DNA from: Octopus vulgaris
Lineage: Eukaryota
Assembly (NCBI GenBank): GCA_951406725.2
Contig: OX597816.1
Coordinates: forward strand, 109,368,001 to 109,432,000
Reading direction: 5' to 3'
Length of the DNA: 64,000 nucleotides
In this document: positions 55,058-64,000 of the stretch, piece by piece
Position numbering within the stretch: position 1 is the stretch's first letter
Layout of the letters: each line of letters opens with the position of its first letter
The notes under the pieces: generated by a model
The model's input: the letters and a program-made list of their open reading frames with translations, nothing else
Databases searched by the model: none
What the model was told of the DNA's origin: nothing
Position numbers and translations under genes: made by a program

Positions 55058-55460
55058 ATCCAGAAGGTGGCAGGTAACGCTATGTAAGTGCTATGGAAGG
55101 ACCGTATTTCTATAATGATACGAGTGATGGGTCTAATACTTCACTAATAGGATCAACTATAAATTTTAAACAACGATACGCTGCGCATCTCAATTCTTTC
55201 AGATACGAGAAACACAGTAAATCCACAACACTCGCCAGTCACATACCTCATTTCAAAAATAGAAATATTCCCTACATCTTGCCATGGTCATAATAAATTC
55301 AGGGCTTCCATACCAAGGTCAACGCTCAGCCTGTAAGTTATGCCTAAAAGAGGCATTCCACATATTGAAATACAACCCTTCAATACTACTAAATAAATAT
55401 AACTAGGCCCTAAGTAAATGCAACCACCGCTTTTTCCAGAAATTCTAATTTTACCAGAAA
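55058..55460 (+). pseudogene. GIY-YIG endonuclease remnant of a Penelope-like element (Neptune-type)
   Basis: LIGSTINFKQRYAAHLNSFR...STTLASHI...PWS, then after a frameshift PYQGQRSACKLCLKEAFHIL...LLNK...SKCNH. Confidence 0.8.
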
Positions 55461-55619
55461 TCTAAATGCAACCTAAATAACCACACAGCACATATCCCGA
55501 ACACCACTTAGGTAATCCCCAAGAAACCTATTTGACTTCCCATTAATTTTTTAACTCTCCAATTTTATTTTAATTGATTAATACTACATATATGGGCATA
55601 CATATGCGTATATATATGC

Positions 55620-55650
<31 letters not shown>

Positions 55651-56524
55651 TGTATGTATGTATATATATATATGTGTGTGTGTGTATGTGTGTGTGTGTA
55701 TACCTGTATGTGTACATACGTGTGCATGTATATGTGTATACGCATATATTTATAGGTATGCGAGTTTGTGCATATATATCTGTATGTACGTATATTTATG
55801 TTTGTATATGCATGTGTATGTATGCATGCGTATGTGTGTATATATATATGCGTGTATATGTATGTGTGTATATGTGTATATATATGCATGCAGGCGTGCG
55901 AGTTTAAATATACATGTACGCAGGCCTATATTATGATGCATACACACATATATTTACATGCATGCGTGCATATATCGATATACACTTCTTTCTTTCTCTC
56001 TGATTCCTCTACCCACAGTACCACATTAGCCAGTAGAATATACATATAAGTCTATTTATAGAAACTTGACCGTTCTTACAATTCTTTCCTTCCAATTTGT
56101 GGTTTGCTACTCACTTTTGAAACCCCACCACCTATACCTGTTTGTGTACCCATCCCTTAATGCCATTCTAGCATATCAATCCACCTCACACGCTTCACAG
56201 ATATTCATTACTTTCATTGTTATCTCTTCCTATCCATCCCCTACTCCTCTCCTATGCCCCTCATAATATCTTGACCACCAACTAACACTCCTTTTTTCAC
56301 CGTTTTTCACTTTCTTATACTTTTTTCACTTTCTCTTGTTTTAATTTTCTCTTCCTCTTTCTTTCCTTCTTCTTTTCTCACCTTTTTCCTGTGACCTCTC
56401 TTCATTTTAACATCTGTTCTCCCTATCCACTTAATACTACCAATATATTCTTAAATTTTCATTCACACCACAAGGCCCCTTTGAATGAACAGCACATATA
56501 ATCTACGTCTCCATACTTTACATA

Positions 56525-56660
56525 CCTATTTCTTTACTACCCACAAGGGGCTAAACACAGAGGGGACAAACAAGGACAGACAAAGGGATTAAGTCGATTA
56601 CATCGACCCCAGTGCGTAACTGGTACTTTATTTATCGACCCCGAAAGGATGAAAGGCAAG
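56525..56660 (-). mobile_element. Fragment of the left monomer of the dimeric SINE B
   Basis: Reverse complement of 10030-10164. Confidence 0.85.
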
Positions 56661-56853
56661 GAAGCATTTCTACCACTTCTAGACACCGCTTCCCATGGAT
56701 AATAGAACTGAAACTATAACATTTTTATACAATTCTATTTTTATTTCTACATTCATTCTCCTATTTTACTATATACTCCTTATTTGCTTCCTTTTCCAAA
56801 ATAACTCCTCATATTGAACTCCAATATTTCCCTCTATTTAACCATCGCACATC

Positions 56854-56901
56854 GTCTCTTATGAAGGAATATCCGTAATATCCCAGAAACAGCTGTAAGA
56901 C
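56854..56901 (+). ncRNA. Type I hammerhead-like motif (G5U) downstream of the GIY-YIG remnant
   Basis: gucu CUUAUGA a ggaauau ccgua auauccc a GAA ACAGCUGU A agac: stems I and II pair and stem III is an 8-nt palindrome. Confidence 0.65.
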
Positions 56902-58544
56902 TAACTTCCTCTAAATATCCTGAAAATTCCACACGGCCTTGGCTTTGTTGTCTCATTTTATTTAACACACACACACAAATACACACACACACATATGAAT
57001 AAGTATAGTTCAAATTTACTGAAAACAAAAGACGAAGACAGGTGTAGGAACAACAAGCAGGTGTATTAGTTTAACCTCCGGAAGAATGGAAAACTCTTTT
57101 ACGTTTCGAGAGTAAGGATTAAGAGGGAAAAAATGGAGAGACAATGAAAAAAATATAATGGAGAGAGAAAGAAATGTGTAGGGGAAAATAACATCGTTCA
57201 ACTCGATGTTATTTTCTCCGAATTATTAATTTACATTATCTGATTAGGAATGGAACAAACTGGTATTTGTTTTTACTGACATACCGTATGAGTAAGTATA
57301 TGAGCATGACGGCAAATAAAAGTATCATGATGTGTTCAAATATAACCACTAATTGAATGATAATTTTTGTGTGTTAATGTAGCTATTAAAGAAAAAAGTG
57401 CATGAAATATATGCATACATGTAATTTTTCAAATGTATAGAAAAATATTTGTATAGCAAAAACAAATGCCAAGTAAAATAATAACATTTAAAGTATAAGT
57501 ATGTACATCATTATATGATTTTGAAATAGAATTTGAATTGGACATTCTCAGGTGTGCCACCGTAGTCGTGATTGCTGATAATTCTTTTCTCCTGTCTGTG
57601 TTCCAGTAAATAAGTTTGCATATGCATTTATGCATACAGAAGCAAGTTTATGCATGTGAAGTGAGATACGTCTTCAATATTTGTTGTGAGCAATAAACCA
57701 TAAAGCTATATTTATTAACTATTGTATTGACTTATGGAGACTTCCACGCCTCATTGCCTAATAGTTCCGCCAAGAATCTATTTCTAGCTTTATTTTTTCT
57801 TTTGACCATGTTTCATCGATTAACAAAGTTTTCTGTTTCTAGTTATTTTGCCGAATCAAACTGTTAAAAATATTTTATATTTATTTAAGTTATATACTCG
57901 AATTTATCTTAACTTTCTTTTATTGATGTCACTGCACTCGATTGCAGATATAAAAATAAGAATATATTAATATACGGTACACAATGTAATTTTTGCTGAT
58001 AAACATAAATGTGCAAATTATTCCCGAATGCTCAAAATATATTTACACAAATACAGATGCACCAACATATACGCACGTATGTACTTATGTGATAGCTATA
58101 CATGTAGTTTATCACTTAATCGATAATAAAGATTCTTTGCTTCACTAAAATTCGTTTTCTTGTTAAATTAACTACATACTCTATGTCAGCCAATTATCAG
58201 ATTGCAACTTTTGCATCGCCGAATTCTGTAAATTGAATGTTTGTTGGAATGGTTTCCAAACTTTTGTAGTTCAGCACTCATTTTCACGGATTATTTCTTC
58301 TCTTATGTGCCTCTTTCTAGATATTTGCATAGACTAATGCTGCCGTGTTAAATTTTTATGAAAATTAATAAAGAATGCAAAAATGTCTATATATAAAAAT
58401 TATAGTGGATCTTGCCGTATCATCAGCTGTTTCTGCTCATCAATATCATAGTTGTTTGATTCATAGTTTTACCCAATAAGCATTTAAATTAGATATATAA
58501 CTATTAAATTTACTAGAAATAATTTTTCCTATATATATATATAA

Positions 58545-58840
58545 TGGACTCTCCCGTCTTTAGACGACGTATGAGGGTTCGACAATTTCTTACCGAACAA
58601 GCACACACACAATTTGTTTATAGTGATCAAATGTTTGTACAGACATAAGCTCATTTCCTCTATCAGATCGACATTACCTGCATAGGTCCAATGGGTGCCA
58701 CATGTCAGATTTGGTCGCAGTGCAACGTGAAATGAAGTGCTTTGCAAAAGAGTGCAACGCAAAGCTCGATCTGGGACTCGAACCCACGATCTCGTAATCG
58801 AAAGTGCAACACCCTAACCACTAAACCATGCACCTTCACA
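58545..58840 (-). mobile_element. SINE family D copy
   Basis: A box tggtttagtgg, B box ggttcgagtccc, 3' end gacgggagagtccat. Confidence 0.85.
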
Positions 58841-59446
58841 ATATGTATATACATAAATATGTGTGTGTGTGTATCAAAATATAAATAAATCTATGACTCT
58901 TCTAAATTCTCAGTGTTCTAATGGGGTCTCTGGCTGTTTGTTGCTACCATGAGAGTTCACCACGTTCTCATAGAAGCCCTACTATTTATTTTGAAAAGCA
59001 ACAAGTCTAGAGCCTCTGAAAGTCTCTAATGTACCAACGAAAGTTAACCGTGATGATGGTGCATTGGCTAAGAATTATAAGTAGCGAGAAGAAGTGTTGT
59101 TTGTGTACAAACACATTCGTACTAACACGCGTACAAATATGTGTATCGATATATATGTGTGTGTGTATTTGTGTGGGTGCTATTATTATGGAGAAACACT
59201 ACGTTACTGCTTACATGTTGATGAATTGAATTTTGAATCGGTTCTTTTGTGTCCTATTATTTTGGATGCGCATTTATACATATGTGTCTGCATATATTCT
59301 CATTGCACTTGAATTTATTTATTTTGTCACTTAGAACAGAACATGTACACCTTTATTAAACTGAAACGCTGTACTATTTCGGACATTGTTCTATAGTTTA
59401 AAACCGTAGAAACTAAAGTCAATGCTAAAGTTTAAGCATTTACATC

Positions 59447-59895
<449 letters not shown>

Positions 59896-62499
59896 TAAAA
59901 GTTACCGTTTGTACGTGATTTGTATGAATATACGCAGTGAGGTATGAGTATTTTATTTAATGTCGAATGTATATATGTATATTATCATCATTGTATACAT
60001 AGTGCTCTTACCGTCTTGTTATTTATTTGAGCAAGTTCTTAATATATGTACCTTTGCATATATACGTAAAAAATGAAACAAGTAACCAAGCAAACAAGTC
60101 ACATATTCACTAAAGCCATACATTTATGCACAAATGAACACAAACGACCCACACTATTTTACATCACATAACATTCATAAGAGCTTATCTTTAGCATTTT
60201 TTTTTCAGTAACAATTTTGCGTCTTTCATTTGAATATCAATTTACTAACTAAATTTCCATTTTCTTTTGAAGAAATCATAAACTTTTAGATTGAAATATT
60301 TTTCATCACAGAAAAGTAAATGTGTTATGAGCTCATTCCACTTTTTATGGTTTGAATGCGACGTTATATATACATTTTTTTGTAACTAATTTGACGCTAA
60401 TATTAAGCCAGCGAAATAAAATTGAAGTTATTGACAGAATCAAAGAGATTTGTGTTTTGAAGTCTGTTAGAGTTGGCACCATAGAATACAGTCGCCTTAA
60501 ATTCTAAACGCCTCCCTCCTCATTTATAGTTTCGATCGCTTCGATGATTAACCCCTTAGCTGCATTCATTTTGTGCAATTTTTTCTTATCCGATTGCAAT
60601 ACGTTTCTGTATAACACTGGAAGGCTTAAAGAGCGTGAGTTAAGTTCCGGTTTCGAAACTATTTTATTTCCCCCCACCCCCAAAAAGGTAAAAAAAAAAA
60701 GACTAATGGGAGAAGCATATGAACGCTTCTCTTCAAAAATTAAGAAATATTTAGCTTATGTTTAGTAGAAACAGAGTAATGGAAATTTGAATTGAAGATG
60801 TGTCATAATTTATTTTGCTTGAATCACCGATTTATTGCTGTTGTTTATATCTTTTTCCGGTATACACTCGCACACATACACATGTATATACATACACATG
60901 TATATGCATACACAAACATACATATATATACATACTCTCACACACATAACATACATACTTCTTCAGAGTTTCTGTCTACGAAATCTCCCTCAGAAGCTTA
61001 TGGTAGAAGCTTTATATGGTAGCAGGAACTTGCTCAAATTGTCGCGTAGTAGGATAAACACGGGAATTATGTAATTGTGAAGCAAACTTATTGTTTTTAC
61101 CACAGTCATGCATGACTATAACTAACCGAAAAAGAAATTATATAGTTCTTTCTAGCTGGATCATTAATGAGGGAAGTTGTAAGCTCTTAAAAATGTCATG
61201 TCGGTGAACCAATTTCAGTTTTATGTTGGACTCGTTTCACTTAACTTCATTATTATAGTCATGAAGGTTAATGCAACTTGTTTGCACTCCCCTGTACCTG
61301 TTTGAAAACAACCAATATTTCGCAATAGAAAACAAGCTATCACTCTGACCTAACCTATTTTCTTGATCTATCAAATAGTCTTGCCATTGTACGAAGAACG
61401 TTCATTTCTGTTCTCATTGTTGGTTTTTGCAAGCTAAGAATACAACTGTTATTTTCCAGTGCATGTATACTTCTGATAATTTAGTTTCAGAAACAGGAAA
61501 AGTACCTAACAATTATTTTTGTCTATCGGACATTGTGTTTGACAAAAAAATTGTGCTTCATTTAGTATCTAAATCAAAATTAAGCTGACATTAATGGAAG
61601 GGCATTAATAAAAAAACAACAATTAAGCACAGTAACTATACAGCCAAAAAAAAAAGATGTTCGAAAATTTAAAAAAAAAGAATTGTTCCAATAAAATTTG
61701 GCCAGAGGTGGTTTTCTTGGTCGGTCTATTTGAAAACTCTAAATTCTAAGGACGTCTTCATATTCTTGCATAAACATATTAGCAGTTATAAGAAAACCCA
61801 CAGAAAAATAAAACGATTGTATTTGGGAAGTTTCATGTGAAATCCGAAGATCCAACATACATCAATATGAGTGTACTGATAATGAATTAAACTATATATG
61901 ATTCATTGTGTAAAAAGGATTCTTTGGTGTTTATTGTTATTTCATCGACGTCGACAATCTCCTATTCTATATTCGTTAATACCAATAGTTCTTTATTGTA
62001 CTAACTGCTTAAGTTAACTAGTTTCAGCAAGATTCATAACAATCTTTTCGCTTGAACATACTGATGATTCTATTTTGTCCGAGTTATTTCTCAGCCAAGT
62101 AGATCTATGAGTAAGTGAATCTCATTTCCTATTATGTTATTTCCATCACTACTAAGACAGTACAGTTTAATATGACAGAAATTACAGTATAATTTCTAAA
62201 AGTACCATCAACTACGTAGATAATTTCATATTTGGTTTGAAATATTCACCACTGAACAAGGTATAATTTGGTTTCTCCTGATAAATAGACCAATTAAGAA
62301 TTCTTTAATATTGCTATTGCCTCATTTCGTTCTTGATATGATTAACAAATTTAAAGTAATTTTCTGAAAATCTATTCCTCATTTGCAAAGGGTTAACATT
62401 TTATGTATTCACACATTTTATGTATTCACACATTATGTATTCACACATTATAACCGACATATATTATCAAAATTCAAGAGGCTTAGTGGTATGTTCTCC

Positions 62500-62557
<58 letters not shown>

Positions 62558-63009
62558 TGTGGGGTGCACCAAAACTGAACCCCACACTCGAGCATTCATT
62601 TGAATAGGCTTTTTTTTTTTTTTACCTCAGAGCGCTTTCGGATAAATCCATGTGATACCTCCTTTGCATATCATTCCTTGTAACCTAAAATATCTTTGTA
62701 TCTCCAGAGTAATATATTTTCCCCTTGGTATTTTGTTTATTTATTTATTTATTCTATTTTTGCATTTCATATTTATTCATATTTAAATCTTTGTGAGACA
62801 AGTATCAGCTGGTGATAGAACGATATGCATCGTATGGGGAACCTTTAAATTAGGCAGTTAAGGTATAAATAACCCTATATGTATGTACTACATGTGTGTT
62901 TTACCGAGTATCTAATGTGGAGAGATCATGTTTTAATAGATAGGCATGTGTGGACTTATCCCATGTTTTTGTATTTGTGTTTTGTTTCTTACTGTTTACA
63001 ACTAGACAA

Positions 63010-63850
63010 ACACATAACTATTTGTACTTGTGTATTCACAAAAACTTGAAGAAGAGAATAATATCGACTTAAAACGCAGCCTCTCTTGGACTCGTGACAC
63101 TTCGAAGGTTATTCGCAGCACTTTCAATCCAAGAACAGGAGATAGCTAGGACATTTCTTATAAACAAAACAGACAGTGAAACCCAAGGAACAACCGAAAA
63201 TGTAGGTTATGCCATTTTTATGTGGCCGATCTGACACATGTCGTTAGCAGCTGCCCCAAATATATCACCAAGGTACTACCTCCCTACGAGAAACGATATT
63301 GTCACAAAAGCAATATACAATACCATTAAAAAAAAGGACTGCCCTGGAATAAACGTAGAAAATATCCCTGCTATGGAATACTAACAAAAACATGAACACA
63401 AGGAATACAGCTGGAACACTGTCAAGTGTAAACGTCAAGCGTAAACATAACACGCCGGATATTGCTATTTGGGGCACACTAGAAAAAAGCAAGTAACGTT
63501 ATAGAGGTCAGTGGCTTTGGTGATGTGAATATCTCCTTGAGAATCAAAGAGAAAGAGGATAACTATGGACAATTGCTTCGAAATCTCCTACCTGTATATT
63601 CATATTATAAATTCACATTTATACCAATAATAACTGGTGCACTCAGTTTTGTGAGCAAAGGCTTACGTGACAATCTAGATAAGCTATGGCTTCCAGAAAA
63701 AGAAATCCACCAACTAATTCGCAGGTAATAGATATAATCTTTAAGTAAAAATGTGCAAGACTCTACCCAAGTTTAAAATGTGACATTGCTTTTGTTATCT
63801 ACATTCCATCGACGAAGATGTATATCTTTGTTAGAAACCAGCTCCTAGTG
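63010..63850 (+). pseudogene. Degraded R4/Dong-like LINE 3' end (CCHC knuckle plus REL endonuclease)
   Basis: IQEQEIA, CRLCHFYVADLTHVVSSCP, TRNDIV, HNTPDIAIW, IEVSG, KEKEDNY and FIPIITGALSFV; 3' UTR motif gttagaaacc shared with 2640. Confidence 0.85.
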
Positions 63851-64000
63851 ATTTAAAATATAATCGGTTTCGATGTATCCATCTTATCAGATATCAAAAA
63901 TAATTTTTTTGGAAGTCAAAGAGGAGAAAAAATTACGGGTTAACAGTTTGTAGACATGTTCTTAGTTCTTATATACATGTTCCATTTTTTGTTTCTGCCT

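Noticed and set aside
62557-62588. 9-bp hairpin gtgtggggt/accccacac, a possible LTR or element end
   Set aside because: No partner end or TSD was found.

Overview
AT-rich, microsatellite-dense, almost entirely non-genic eukaryotic DNA. The repeat families (tRNA-headed SINEs, a Nin/Deu-domain SINE, irritans-type mariners) match those I recall from Octopus genomes; the species call is an inference. Nearly all ORFs in the supplied track are microsatellite translations. Recognisable content: about 30 SINE copies of at least three families, remnants of R4/Dong-like, Tx1/L1, CR1-group and RTE LINEs, a Penelope-like GIY-YIG remnant, one nearly intact mariner (46406-47693), further mariner, Tc1 and pogo relics, and a tRNA-Phe pseudogene. 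One candidate host exon encodes a signal-peptide-like sequence (12841-12888). The most striking pattern is a set of at least seven minimal hammerhead-ribozyme-like motifs, most with a self-complementary stem III, including a head-to-head pair forming a 100-bp palindrome. A related retrozyme-like direct-repeat element is also present. Every hammerhead copy seen deviates from the canonical core, so activity is unproven. All calls were made by eye, and boundaries of degraded repeats are approximate.
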